Positions 31,481-41,855 of a stretch of 64,000 nucleotides of DNA are shown in pieces. The stretch comes from an uncultured delta proteobacterium. Lineage in GTDB: Bacteria > Desulfobacterota > Syntrophorhabdia > Syntrophorhabdales > WCHB1-27. Position numbers and translations under genes: made by a program. Below the pieces are notes generated by a model. That model ran no database searches, was not told the origin of the DNA, and saw nothing but the letters and a program-made list of their open reading frames with translations. The stretch is taken from contig CAWEPK010000010.1 of the NCBI GenBank assembly GCA_963810935.1, forward strand, positions 224,001 to 288,000. Direction: 5' to 3'. Position 1 is the stretch's first letter, and the number at the start of each line of letters is the position of its first letter.

Positions 31481-32097
31481 GCCTTCCCCGCCTCCTTGAG
31501 CTTAGAATAGTCGTCTCTCTCCTGAAGGGGCTGAAGGAATGCTTTTGTCAAGGAGTATATATTGCCGCAATAGGCACACTCGAACCTGTCGCCGGCCCCT
31601 TTAAGGGTCGTGCCGCACTTGCATGTCCATGCCGTCCGCCGGGCAGGCATGCCCGCAACGACGGCATAGTCGGGGACGTTTTCCCTGACCAAGGCGCCGG
31701 CCGCTACGAGTGCATAGCACCCGATTGTCGCGCCGCAGACTATAGTGGCGTTTGCCCCTATGGTGGCCCCCTTCTTTACGAGCGTCTGCCTGTATTCATG
31801 CTTTCTCTCGATGAACGCCCTCGGGTTGTAGACATTGGTGAATACGCAGGAAGGTCCGCAGAAGACGCCTTCTTCGAGCGTGACGCCTGTATAGATCGAG
31901 ACGTTGTTCTGTATCTTGCAGCCGTCTCCGATGACGGCCCCTCTTTCTATACAGACGTTCTGGCCGATGACGCAGTTTCTCCCTACCCTGGCGCCTGCCA
32001 GGATATGGCTGAAGTGCCATATCCGCGTGCCTCCCCCGATCTCGGCCCCCTCATCCACGAAGCTCGTCTCGTGACGATAATACCCTGTTTTGCTCAT
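31477..32097 (-). CDS. wbpD: WbpD-like hexapeptide N-acetyltransferase
   Basis: IWHFSH, KIQNNVSIY and FTNVYNPRA motifs. Confidence 0.88.
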   Translation of the reverse strand: MSKTGYYRHETSFVDEGAEIGGGTRIWHFSHILAGARVGRNCVIGQNVCIERGAVIGDGCKIQNNVSIYTGVTLEEGVFCGPSCVFTNVYNPRAFIERKHEYRQTLVKKGATIGANATIVCGATIGCYALVAAGALVRENVPDYAVVAGMPARRTAWTCKCGTTLKGAGDRFECAYCGNIYSLTKAFLQPLQERDDYSKLKEAGKA

Positions 32098-33763
32098 ATG
32101 TCCCAGGCCCTCCGGCAGAGACGCGCTCCTGCGCGTGCCACTTTCTCACCCCGTCCTTTATCCTCTGTATGTGTCCCCTTCCCAACCCCTTCACCTCGCA
32201 GCCAAGCTCGAAGTACCGTTTTATCCTGCTGTCCGGCAGGATGCCGAAGCAATCGATAACTGCGAACGGATGGCCGGCCGAGGCCACTATGGTATCAGGG
32301 TCGAGGTCGAGGTAAGACTCGTGGCGCACGGCAAGGACCAGTGCGTCGATACCGTTAAGGGCACAGTTAAGGTCTTTCTGCACCTTCAGGTCTTTAAGCT
32401 TTTTCTGATTGCGGAAGAAGACCGCTTTGCTCGCCGACGGGTAGTCCTCCTGGTTCTCGAACTCCCACCACCTGTCCACATATGGGTCATGGACCCTGAT
32501 TTCCGCGCCCATCTCCGATAAGCGCCTGACGAGCACTTCCGAGCCGGAATACCGCGTATCTCCCACGTCTTCCCTGTAGGAGGCGCCCAGGATGAGGACT
32601 TCCGCGCTCGCGATCGGCACGTTCATATTGCGCAGGGCGTCGCGCACAAGCTGGGCGGCATGGAGGGAGCGGGTATCGTTTATGTCTATCGCAAGGGGGG
32701 TGATGCGGAACGTGTCGTCCTCGAACCCCAGGATGTGCCTGTTCGCCCATACGCCCAGGCCTCCGTCTTTCGGCAGGCAATAACCCCCTATGCCCGGGCC
32801 GGGGAAGATCATGTTGCTGTGGGTGGGACGCATCTTTATCGCCTTGATCACCTTTACGATATCGACCCCGTTCCTCTCGGAAAAAAGGCTCCATTCATCG
32901 AGGAAAGCAAGGATGGTTGCCCTGTAGCTGTTCTCGACGACCTTGGCCGTCTCCGATTCGATGGGCCTGTCTAAGACGGTCAGGGGGAATTTCTTCGTGT
33001 TGATAACCTCGTTGAGGAACTTCACTACACGCTCTTTCGCCTCTTCGCTCACGCCCGAGCAGACGCGCCAAAAGTCACGGATGGAGGCAACATACTCTCT
33101 GCCGGGCATAACACGCTCGTAGCTGTGGGCAAGCAGCGGGTCGGACGTAATACCCCTCTGACGGAATATCTTCCTCATCGCGGGCAGGGCGACCTGCTCG
33201 GTCGTGCCGGGCGCGACCGTCGTCTCGATCAGCACCAGGCAGTCGGGCCTGATGCGCTGGGCTATGATGTCGAACGATTCTTCGAGGGCGCTCATCTCTA
33301 CGTCCCCGGTCCGCACGTTGCCCAGGTCTTTCTTTGCGTAGTCGAGCTGGACGTCCACCACGACCACGTCCGCCAGCTTCAGGACGTCGTAAACGTAGGT
33401 GGCGACCAGGGTCCTCTTCTCGAGGACACAGCGCCTTATCATCGGGTCGACTTCGGGGTCTTCCGCTTTCACAGGCGAGATCCCCTGGTTGAGCAGGGGT
33501 ATCTTCCAATAGCTCCTTGCGCTCGGCCTCTGCATGCCGATTGCGAGCTTGGCGGGTGCGCCTTCGGAATCCGTAGTGTCTGCTATGATTGCGGCCATGA
33601 CCGCGCCCACGAAGCCGACGCCCATGACTACTACGATCTCCCGGCCCTTCACCCTTGCCTCACTGACGAGGACTTCCATACGGGCGAGCTCGGCGCGGTG
33701 GTCGGCTGCATCCGGCATAGGGTAGACAGTACCATCGGGGCTGACCGATACGAGGTTGTCCAC
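32051..33763 (-). CDS. UDP-glucose/GDP-mannose-family nucleotide-sugar dehydrogenase (long form)
   Basis: GVGFVG, ETTVAPGTTE, ERVMPG and GIGGYCLPKD motifs. Confidence 0.9.
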   Translation of the reverse strand: MDNLVSVSPDGTVYPMPDAADHRAELARMEVLVSEARVKGREIVVVMGVGFVGAVMAAIIADTTDSEGAPAKLAIGMQRPSARSYWKIPLLNQGISPVKAEDPEVDPMIRRCVLEKRTLVATYVYDVLKLADVVVVDVQLDYAKKDLGNVRTGDVEMSALEESFDIIAQRIRPDCLVLIETTVAPGTTEQVALPAMRKIFRQRGITSDPLLAHSYERVMPGREYVASIRDFWRVCSGVSEEAKERVVKFLNEVINTKKFPLTVLDRPIESETAKVVENSYRATILAFLDEWSLFSERNGVDIVKVIKAIKMRPTHSNMIFPGPGIGGYCLPKDGGLGVWANRHILGFEDDTFRITPLAIDINDTRSLHAAQLVRDALRNMNVPIASAEVLILGASYREDVGDTRYSGSEVLVRRLSEMGAEIRVHDPYVDRWWEFENQEDYPSASKAVFFRNQKKLKDLKVQKDLNCALNGIDALVLAVRHESYLDLDPDTIVASAGHPFAVIDCFGILPDSRIKRYFELGCEVKGLGRGHIQRIKDGVRKWHAQERVSAGGPGTYEQNRVLSSRDELRG

Positions 33764-33928
33764 GATCGTCCTCCTTGCGAAAGCGATATTTGGTTGTTCG
33801 CTTGCTTCTTTTCTAAGTTATCCGTAGTTTTCCGTACAGGATGCAGCAGAATCGCTACATAAATAACGTTACTCCAAAGAGGCTGACGAAGCAAGAAAAA
33901 AATATTGTGGGCTGATTTGCCTTCCCGG

Positions 33929-35450
33929 CTACTCGGCGTTTTCCGCCGAAACGACGATCCTCTTTTTTCCCGTAAGCTTTATCGGGGAATGGCGTTTGAG
34001 GTATTCCACAAAGCCGTCGCGCATGTCGGTCGCGCGAACGCGGTTGCTGCCTTTCCGGAAACCAACGAGTCCGTCGCCTCCCTCGGCCAGGAAGTCGTTA
34101 GTCGCTACCCTGTAGGTCTTCGATTTATCCACGGGCAGGCCGCCGACAGACATGCGCGTCACTTTCCTCCGGCCGTCGGCGCTGACCGCATACGCTACTT
34201 CCAATCCCGATACCTGCAGAAACCCCCGCCGCCCGGCCGCTGCCTTCTCGAATATGTCTATAAGCGCCTGACCCGTAAGGTCCATGCAGACAATGTCGTC
34301 GTCGAAGGGAAGGGTCATGTAGATGCGCTCCATGGTGATTTTGCCCGCCGGGATGTCGGTCCTGATCCCGCCGCTGTTCTGGATGGCTACCTGCGCGGCG
34401 GTCGATTCCCTCATGGAGTCGGCTATAACGCTGCCGAGGTTCGATTCTCCGTATGGCTGCCTGGTCAGGTCGACGGGCGTCTCGCCCACAACCTCGTTCA
34501 GCATGGGCCTCAGCTTCGACTCGTACCGCCCGATGAGCCGCGCCGTTTCTTCGTCGGCTGCGTCGTTCGGCCCGGACCAGACGGTCTTCAGACTCACCAT
34601 ACTCCGTTGCCGATTTCAGCTTTCCCGTCTTTTCGTCGACAACCATCTCCAGAGCGCCCAGGTAAAGCCCGCGGGCGCCGGCCTGTACAATGATGGTCCG
34701 TTCCGTCTGCACAGGGTCGGCAAGCGCCGTGTGGCTGTGGCCTCCTACTATGACGTCGATGCCGGGGACCGACGAGCCGAGCCGCATATCTTCGGCAAAG
34801 CCCAGGTGGCTCAAGAGAATGACCAGTGTCGCCCCTTTTCCCCTCACCTCGGCTATGAGACCGGGCAGCAACTTTTCAGGGGACCTCTGCTTTAACCCCG
34901 CCACGTGCTCCCTTTTGACCGCTGTTGCGACATCAGGTGTAGTCAGCCCGATCACGGCTATCTTTATGCCTTTCCTTTCCAGGATTACGTACGGCTTGAC
35001 ACCGGGCAGGGCATTGCCCTCCCTGTCGACGATGTTGGCAGACAGGAACGGGAAGCGGGCACCCTCCGTCAGCGTCCTGAGCGTTGCCGGCCCCCAGTCA
35101 AATTCATGGTTGCCGAGCGTCATGGCATCGAAACGGAGGTCGTTCATCAGGTCGAGCACGGGGCGTCCCAAAAAAAGGTCGGACACGGGTGCTCCGTGAA
35201 ACATATCACCGGCGGCTAGCAGGATTACGCTATCCGGACGGGCTGCCCTCCGTGCCTTTATCATGGCAGCGAGGTTTGCCGCGCCGCCGACCGGTCTGGC
35301 CGGGTCAAGGGCCCTCTCTATCCTGGGCGAGACATAGCCGTGCAGGTCGTTGACGTGGAGCAGGATAAGCTTTTCCGCGGCCGCTGCGCAAAGCGCCATG
35401 GCGTGGAAAGCGGCGCAGGCGAGAAGGGCGACAAGAAAACATTTACGCAA
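33929..35450 (-). CDS. Secreted 5'-nucleotidase/UDP-sugar hydrolase (frameshift near 34600; start approximate)
   Basis: NDLHG, AGD, GNHEFD and GGHSH; the C-terminal domain NSGGIR...FLAEGGDG is in ORF 33929..34600. Confidence 0.88.
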
Positions 35451-36741
35451 AAGGCACGCCCTGATCCACGCTATCGGCAGGCATCCGGCGGCGCACCTTC
35501 CTCGGCGCCGAGGCCCAGGCGAACGGACAGGAAGCGGCGCAGGCCGCGACTCCGACAAGCAGGGCTATGCGATAGCTGCCGGTAGAATCGAATATGACGC
35601 CTCCCAGCCAGGGCCCGACGGCGCACCCGGCCCCTATCGTCGCCTCGACGACGCCGTAAATGAAGCCGAATGATTTACCCTGAAAAAGGTCCGCCGCAGT
35701 AGCCATGAACATGGGTGCGTTTACGCCCCATCCTGCACCGAAGAGGGCCATAAAGAAATAAGCCGGCGCCCGGCCGTGCCCGGTTTCGACAAGGAGCAGA
35801 AGGATAAGGGAGGCTGCAAGGAGCGTAACGCCCAGCGTGAAGGTAAGTTCCCGTCCTATCCTGTCCGAAAGCCATCCCCAGAATATCTGGGAGATGGATG
35901 TCGTAACGCCCATTATGGCGACCATAAAGGCCACGTCCATCCTGCTGAAACCGCTGTCGGCGAGCAGCTTGGGCCCGTGGATGATGACCAGGTACACGGG
36001 TAATACGACCAGGAAGGCAAAGATCAGCAGGGACCAGAACCTTCCCTCCTTCGCCGCGCTCGCCAGCGTCCAGCCGGTCTCCGCCCAGGCGCGGTCCACT
36101 ATCTCGACACTCCGCTTCTTTCCCGCGAAGTCGTCGGTCCCGTCAACCTTGAGCCCCATCTCCTGTGGATTGCGCCTCATAAGCGCGACTGTCAGGGGGA
36201 AGAGGAGGGCGAAGACGCATACGGCAAGCACCGTAAAGGCCGTCCGCCAGCCGGCGGCCCCGATAACGTATTGCGTCAGAGGCGCGAATGCGAATGTGCC
36301 GAACCCCATGCCGGAGACGGCGATGCCGCTCGCCAGGCCGCGCTTTTTCTGGAACCAATGGGAGAGAACTGCCGAGTAAGGGCTGATGCTTATAAAGGTC
36401 ACCCCAAAGGCCGCTATGACCCCGTAAAAAAGGTAGAGCTGGCCAAGCGAATGCACGTGGGCGGACAGCGCAAGACCCGCGCAGAGCACAATGATGCCCG
36501 GAGGGATGACACGCCTCGGACCGAATTTGTCGATCAGTATGCCGACAAGAGGGGCCGAGCAGGTATAGACAACGAAGGAGACGGATTGCACCCCCGCTAC
36601 TGCGGCCCGGCTCCAGTGAAACTCATCGAGGAGCGCCATGAGGAACAGCGCAAAAGTGGTCCGCATCGCGAGCCAGGTGCCCAGCGAGAGAAAAGCGACC
36701 GCGACTATCGTCCAGCCGTAATAGAAGCGTTTATATCCCAA
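35443..36741 (-). CDS. MFS transporter
   Basis: 12 TM segments; G.LIDKFGPR and GWLSDRIGR motif A. Confidence 0.92.
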   Translation of the reverse strand: MGYKRFYYGWTIVAVAFLSLGTWLAMRTTFALFLMALLDEFHWSRAAVAGVQSVSFVVYTCSAPLVGILIDKFGPRRVIPPGIIVLCAGLALSAHVHSLGQLYLFYGVIAAFGVTFISISPYSAVLSHWFQKKRGLASGIAVSGMGFGTFAFAPLTQYVIGAAGWRTAFTVLAVCVFALLFPLTVALMRRNPQEMGLKVDGTDDFAGKKRSVEIVDRAWAETGWTLASAAKEGRFWSLLIFAFLVVLPVYLVIIHGPKLLADSGFSRMDVAFMVAIMGVTTSISQIFWGWLSDRIGRELTFTLGVTLLAASLILLLLVETGHGRAPAYFFMALFGAGWGVNAPMFMATAADLFQGKSFGFIYGVVEATIGAGCAVGPWLGGVIFDSTGSYRIALLVGVAACAASCPFAWASAPRKVRRRMPADSVDQGVPFA

Positions 36742-36871
36742 GGGTCGATTCCAACCGGGATTATTATACCTTAATTGGACGAACCGGGGCGATTTTCCAC
36801 GGCACCCGCGTGAAAGGCCGCCTGCCGATGATTAGATTAAGCGAAAAGACGGACTTACAGAAGGGGGCCAA

Positions 36872-38509
36872 ATGCAGGCGACCGTAGGCGCATACCTTAT
36901 CCGCCGCCTTGGGCAAATAGGCATCGGCCACGTTTTCGGGGTGGCTGGCGACTACGTGCTTAAGTTCCTCGACCTGATCGAAGAAAGCGATATAAAGCTG
37001 ATCAACACGTGCAACGAGCTGAATGCCGGCTATGCGGCGGACGGCTATGCCCGCGTTGCCGGAGCGGGGGCAGTCTGCGTCACTTACGGTGTAGGGGGTT
37101 TCAGCGCATACAACGCAGTAGCCGGCGCCTTTGCCGAGCGCGTGCCGCTGGTTGTGGTAAGCGGCGGCCCGAGGACGAGTCTCCGGGGCAGGCTCCATCC
37201 GTACCTGCTCCATCACACCCTCGGTGAGATGAACCTGCAGCGGGATATCTTTGAAAAGATCACCCAGTATTCAGCGGTGCTCGCGAGTCCGACCCATGCC
37301 GCCTGGCAAATCGACGAGGCCCTGGCCGCCTGTCTCAGGTATTCCCGTCCGGTTTACCTGGAGATACCTGCGGACATGGTGACTGAACGGTGCCAGCAGC
37401 CGGGTGAATGGAAGCCGGACACGTCCCTTCACGTCGATCCTGAGGTCGTCGACGAGGCCATAGAAGAGACGCTCGACCGCATATCGCGCGCATCGCGGCC
37501 TGCTATACTGGCCGGGGTCGAGGCGGACCGGCTGGGCGCGCGGGATGCCCTGCTTGGCGTCATTGGCCGCTCCGGTTTCCCTGTAGCCACGACGGGCCTC
37601 GGCAAGGGTGTCCTCCCGGAGAGCACCAGGGGCTACGCGGGCACGTACATCGGCGCCCTGGCAAACGAAACTGCGCGCAAAACAATCGAAGAGGCAGACC
37701 TCCTGCTCTGCCTGGGCGCCTGGATGACGGACCTCGACCTGGGCGGCTATACCGCCCACCTCGACGAGAACCGCATGATAATCGCCAACTCGGAGAGAGT
37801 AAAGGTACGCCACCACGTTTACGAGCACGTCCCCATCAAGGACTTCCTCGAAAGCCTGGTAAAGCGCCTTCCCGCCGCGGGTATGGGCGGTGAATGCGGG
37901 GAGCTTCCGGAAGCGGTCTCCGGCAGGCCCTATGTCGCCTCACCCGGCGCGAGGCTGACCACGGACCGCTTCTGGGCCAGGATGGATTACTTTCTCGACG
38001 ACAGCCACATAGTGGTGAGCGATACCGGGAGCTGCACGTTCGAGAGCGTCAAGCTCCGCCTGCCCGGGAAGGCGGACTACATTGGCCAGTCATTCTATGC
38101 ATCCATGGGTTATGGTCTCCCCGCCGCCCTGGGCGCTAAGCTCGCCGCGCCGTCGCGCAGGCCCGTTGTTTTCGTGGGCGACGGCGCCTTCCAGATGACC
38201 GGACAGGAGCTATCGACCGTCATCAGGCATAAGCAAAACCCGGTCGTCTTTCTCCTGAACAACGACGGCTACCAGGTAGAGCGTGCAATCTACGACAACG
38301 CCTACAACGACATCAGCATGTGGGATTACACGCAGCTAGCCGAGGCGTTCGGAGGCGCACCGGGGGTTAAGGTTTCTACGGAGGGAGACTTGGAGGCGTT
38401 CCTGGCGAAGGCCGCCGATAACCGGGACGCACTCATGTTCGCAGAGGTGCGCTTCGATCGGTCGGACTTCAGCGCGACATTGAGGCGGATAGGCGAAAAA
38501 CTGAGGTGA
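36872..38509 (+). CDS. ThDP-dependent alpha-keto-acid decarboxylase (pyruvate/indolepyruvate decarboxylase family)
   Basis: FGVAGDY, NELNAGYAADGYAR, LHHTLG and GDGAFQMT...NNDGY motifs. Confidence 0.92.
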   Translation: MQATVGAYLIRRLGQIGIGHVFGVAGDYVLKFLDLIEESDIKLINTCNELNAGYAADGYARVAGAGAVCVTYGVGGFSAYNAVAGAFAERVPLVVVSGGPRTSLRGRLHPYLLHHTLGEMNLQRDIFEKITQYSAVLASPTHAAWQIDEALAACLRYSRPVYLEIPADMVTERCQQPGEWKPDTSLHVDPEVVDEAIEETLDRISRASRPAILAGVEADRLGARDALLGVIGRSGFPVATTGLGKGVLPESTRGYAGTYIGALANETARKTIEEADLLLCLGAWMTDLDLGGYTAHLDENRMIIANSERVKVRHHVYEHVPIKDFLESLVKRLPAAGMGGECGELPEAVSGRPYVASPGARLTTDRFWARMDYFLDDSHIVVSDTGSCTFESVKLRLPGKADYIGQSFYASMGYGLPAALGAKLAAPSRRPVVFVGDGAFQMTGQELSTVIRHKQNPVVFLLNNDGYQVERAIYDNAYNDISMWDYTQLAEAFGGAPGVKVSTEGDLEAFLAKAADNRDALMFAEVRFDRSDFSATLRRIGEKLR

Positions 38510-38523
38510 AAACAATATAAAAC

Positions 38524-38561
38524 AAAAAGGGACCGGCCCCACGGGTTACTGGCCCCTTTTT
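38524..38561. terminator. Bidirectional terminator between convergent genes
   Basis: A-run, GC-rich imperfect stem, then T-run. Confidence 0.55.
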
Positions 38562-38583
38562 GTCCTTATTTTTTACGTCACGT

Positions 38584-40023
38584 TTATCCCGTACGCCTCC
38601 ACCCCATCTCGTCGATCTGGTCCTTGTCGATCTCGAGCTGTATCTCCCTTGCGATGCGCTGCACTGCGTTCATCGGCACGTAGACGTCCCTGGCAAGGCG
38701 GCGGGCCAAAAGAAAGTCGTTATACCCGATATCCTTGACCTGGCCGATCCTCCGGCCGTTGCGGTCCGCTACCTCCATGCCCTGGAGTATCGTCGAGCCG
38801 ACCATGGCGACCATCTTCCTGTCCCTGAAAGCGACAATGGGATGCTCTCCGCGAAGCTCCAGGCGGAAGTCTTTGCCTCTCTCGTCGATATGCTTCTGGA
38901 TGATATTCTGGCTGGGCACGAAGGCGTCGTTGACCGTCTGCTGGTACCAATGGTAGCGCGTGTCGCCGGGCAGGCTGCTGACTGCCACGAAATCAGGTCC
39001 GCTCGCCGTGAGGTCCACCTGCGAGGCGAGTATCTGCCTAACGTAATCTATGTTCGATTTGAGGACTAACGGTTCCGGCAGGCCGGCAGGGCACAACTCT
39101 TCGGCCTGCCTGTTCTCGTACTTCTGGAAAAGCTCGGCAACGATGTGCAGGTGCTCGATCTCCATGGCCAGCGCCGTCTCCCAGACGCTCCTGATCCTCG
39201 GGTCGACCTCCTGTTCCATGAGGGAGTGGTAGAGCCAGCACTCATTATATTCGTGAAGGACGGCCATTTCGAACCAGGATGCCCTCGGGTCCATCAGCGA
39301 TTCGTACTGTGTGACGTGCTGTTCCTCGATCATCCCGATCTCGGCATAGAGCCCCCGCGCCGTCGCGTCCATGGCCCTGTTGCCGACGTTCATGTAGAAG
39401 TTCATCGTCTGCTGCTCTGCGGCTGTAAGCGTGAGAATGCACAGCATGTCGAGGGGCGGGCAGTTCTTCATGTCGAGGGGGTTACGGACGTCATCGAAGG
39501 GGAACCTGTGCTCTGCGACCGTCGGCCGCCCGACGGTAATCTCCGTCTGCCCTCTCACGATGTCGCCGGCGTCTTTCCCCTGGAACAGGTCGAGGAGGTT
39601 CGCATACCGGTAGAGGTGGTCGAAATCTTCGAGCAGGCCGAAATCGAACACCTGCTTGGCGTAGCGGTCCGAGAGCTTGCGGGCCAGGTCCGCCGTGAGA
39701 TCGACGGCAAGCTGCTCGTACCCGATGGTGTTCTCGACAACCGACTCGTCGGGAGGGATAAGCCAGTTGATCATTTTCTGTTGCTGCTGCTCTACTCTGC
39801 GCGTCATCGCTATCTGCTTCTTCAGCTCCGCATCGTGCGTCATTCGTGCCCATTCGTGCTTGAAGAAGGCCGCCTCCATCTCGGTCCCGTTCATGAGGAT
39901 GACGCGGCACCGCGTGTACGGATCGACGGTGTTTTTGTCGTAAGGCTCGATGTCGAGCTTCGACCAGCTCTGGAACTGCCGGTCGATGGGGATTCCCTTT
40001 TCCTTGAAGGGGTTAAAGGCCAT
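38584..40023 (-). CDS. Conserved ferritin-like (ExxH-type) protein with a C-terminal PRC-barrel/DUF2171-like domain
   Basis: EDFDHLYRY, IEEQHV and MEIEHLH; tail GMEVADRNG.RIG.V...DVYVP. Confidence 0.65.
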   Translation of the reverse strand: MAFNPFKEKGIPIDRQFQSWSKLDIEPYDKNTVDPYTRCRVILMNGTEMEAAFFKHEWARMTHDAELKKQIAMTRRVEQQQQKMINWLIPPDESVVENTIGYEQLAVDLTADLARKLSDRYAKQVFDFGLLEDFDHLYRYANLLDLFQGKDAGDIVRGQTEITVGRPTVAEHRFPFDDVRNPLDMKNCPPLDMLCILTLTAAEQQTMNFYMNVGNRAMDATARGLYAEIGMIEEQHVTQYESLMDPRASWFEMAVLHEYNECWLYHSLMEQEVDPRIRSVWETALAMEIEHLHIVAELFQKYENRQAEELCPAGLPEPLVLKSNIDYVRQILASQVDLTASGPDFVAVSSLPGDTRYHWYQQTVNDAFVPSQNIIQKHIDERGKDFRLELRGEHPIVAFRDRKMVAMVGSTILQGMEVADRNGRRIGQVKDIGYNDFLLARRLARDVYVPMNAVQRIAREIQLEIDKDQIDEMGWRRTG

Positions 40024-40138
40024 GATTATTACCTCCTTGCAATTGCTTATCGGAACATCGGCAGGCGCTTATTGCGCATACTATTGCAAATATAGGTATC
40101 CTACTCAAAGGGTCAACCTCAGCGGGGCTTATGGGAAA

Positions 40139-40693
40139 TTATGTTTCCGACCGCAGCTTTGCGAACAGGTGGAAAAGGTCGGCCATCTGGTAGCTCGCGT
40201 TGATACCGCTGGGATTAGGCAGCACCCACAATATGGAGTCCCCTATCTTTTCTGCCTGCCTGCCATGCATTGCACGGGGCCGGTCGAATGCCTTCCTGTA
40301 CGCGTCGATGCCAAGCACGGCAACGGCCCCCGGCCGGAAAGCAAGTGCATTTCTTTCTAGCCGCCTTACGCCCTTTTGCAGGGCGGCCGCCATCAGCTCG
40401 CTTGCCTGCGCCGTAGCCATGTTGACGATGTTGGTGATGCCGTAGCCAAAGTCGAGGAGCTGCCTCTCCTCGTAAGGGGTCAGCAGCCTGTCGGTGAAAC
40501 CGGCGGCGAAGAGGACCGGCCAGAACCTGTTGCCCGGACGGGCGAAATGGTGGCCGACTGCGCCTGAGTAAAGGCCCGGGTTGATCCCGCAGAAGAGGAC
40601 GCGCAGCCCGGGCGCTATCAGGTCGGGCACGCCCCTGCCCTTTGCTGCGAGAAGCTCTTCTCTCGTGGGACGGCGGTGGACTGGCGCAATCAT
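40139..40693 (-). CDS. mug: G/U mismatch-specific DNA glycosylase
   Basis: FCGINPG, GNRFW and LPNPSG motifs. Confidence 0.92.
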   Translation of the reverse strand: MIAPVHRRPTREELLAAKGRGVPDLIAPGLRVLFCGINPGLYSGAVGHHFARPGNRFWPVLFAAGFTDRLLTPYEERQLLDFGYGITNIVNMATAQASELMAAALQKGVRRLERNALAFRPGAVAVLGIDAYRKAFDRPRAMHGRQAEKIGDSILWVLPNPSGINASYQMADLFHLFAKLRSET

Positions 40694-40858
40694 TCCATAT
40701 GAAGTATAGGAAGCCCGGCCGGGCGGCGCAATCGCTTTGGAGCGGACAAGCTTACCGCCCCTTCAGGCAAATTGCTTGACACATTCGCGGCATTGCCTCA
40801 GATTATCGCATGCCGTTTGAGGCGGCATGTGCCCGAAGAAGAGAGTCAGGAGGGAAAA

Positions 40859-41464
40859 TTGAAGAACGAGATTGCAGAGCTTAACAGCCTCTGGACGCCC
40901 ATACGCCCGTACCTCGCGCGGCAGATCGGGGAGCTTTACGGCCGCACGGACGGCAGCGTCGTCGAGATAGGCCCTTTCTCCGGCCTGGCGTTCGAGCTAG
41001 CCGCGGCGGGCATCGGCGAATCATTCTGCATGGCGGTTTTCCCGCATGAGATAATCGGGCCGTTGCGTGAAGAGGCAGCAACCCAGGGGGCGGGCGGCAG
41101 GGTGCGAATTGTGGAAAGCGACCCGCAGCTTTCCGTTCTGCCGGACGGCGCCTTCGACCTCGCGGTTTTCAGGGGGGCCTTCTTTTTTCCATCGTTCTTC
41201 AAGCCCGACCTTCGGGCAATTTACAGGCTGCTGAAAGAAAAAGGCATGGCGTTCATAGGCGGCGGTTTCGGCCGGTACACGCCGCAGGAGGTCATTGACG
41301 GCATCAAGGACCGCTCGAAAGAGTTGAACCTCTCCCTGGGCCGCGTCCATTTTTCCGAAGAGGACCTGCGGACAGCCGTCCGCTCGTCATCGCTCTCGGA
41401 AAAGGCGGCCTTCATAACCGAAGGCGGCCTTTGGATAGTCCTGCGCAAAGGAAAGGAAGCGTAA
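40859..41464 (+). CDS. Class I SAM-dependent methyltransferase-like protein
   Basis: VEIGPFSG, FDLAVFRGAFFF, IYRLLK..G.AFIGGGFG. Confidence 0.75.
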   Translation: MKNEIAELNSLWTPIRPYLARQIGELYGRTDGSVVEIGPFSGLAFELAAAGIGESFCMAVFPHEIIGPLREEAATQGAGGRVRIVESDPQLSVLPDGAFDLAVFRGAFFFPSFFKPDLRAIYRLLKEKGMAFIGGGFGRYTPQEVIDGIKDRSKELNLSLGRVHFSEEDLRTAVRSSSLSEKAAFITEGGLWIVLRKGKEA

Positions 41465-41484
41465 CGAAACAGAGGCTTCGCTAT

Positions 41485-41609
41485 GGAAAGAATCCGGCCC
41501 ACGCCAATCTTGGGGAAAGATCGTGGGCCGGATGATATAGGCTCCCGGAAAAAAGGGGGGATCGGGGGGGTCCTAAGAACCGGGAAGCCGCTATTGCTAT
41601 CGTAACTGT
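41485..41609 (-). ncRNA. Candidate sigma54-dependent small RNA with C-rich loops
   Basis: Two stem-loops (41540-41589 and 41492-41533) downstream of a -24/-12 promoter, with no convincing ORF. Confidence 0.55.
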
Positions 41610-41619
41610 CTTAAATAAA

Positions 41620-41635
41620 TGCAATATGCGGGCCA
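41620..41635 (-). promoter_or_regulatory. Sigma54 -24/-12 promoter
   Basis: TGGCCCGCATATTGCA = GG-N10-GC (consensus TGGCACG-N4-TTGCW). Confidence 0.7.
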
Positions 41636-41855
41636 AAAACCGGGGCTGGATTAAGAAAAAAAGCGGAAGTGTGGAAATGCAGCTAATTATTAGACTTATC
41701 GGACCACTGCCATGGCCGGTCGTTAATGATCCGCCCTGCGGGCGAAAAAGAATATACCAGATACCCTCAATACCTCAATATATCACGGTCTGCGACTGGG
41801 AAATATGCCAGAACGACTAAGGTGCATCGACAATAATTACGGATAACGGAAAGGT

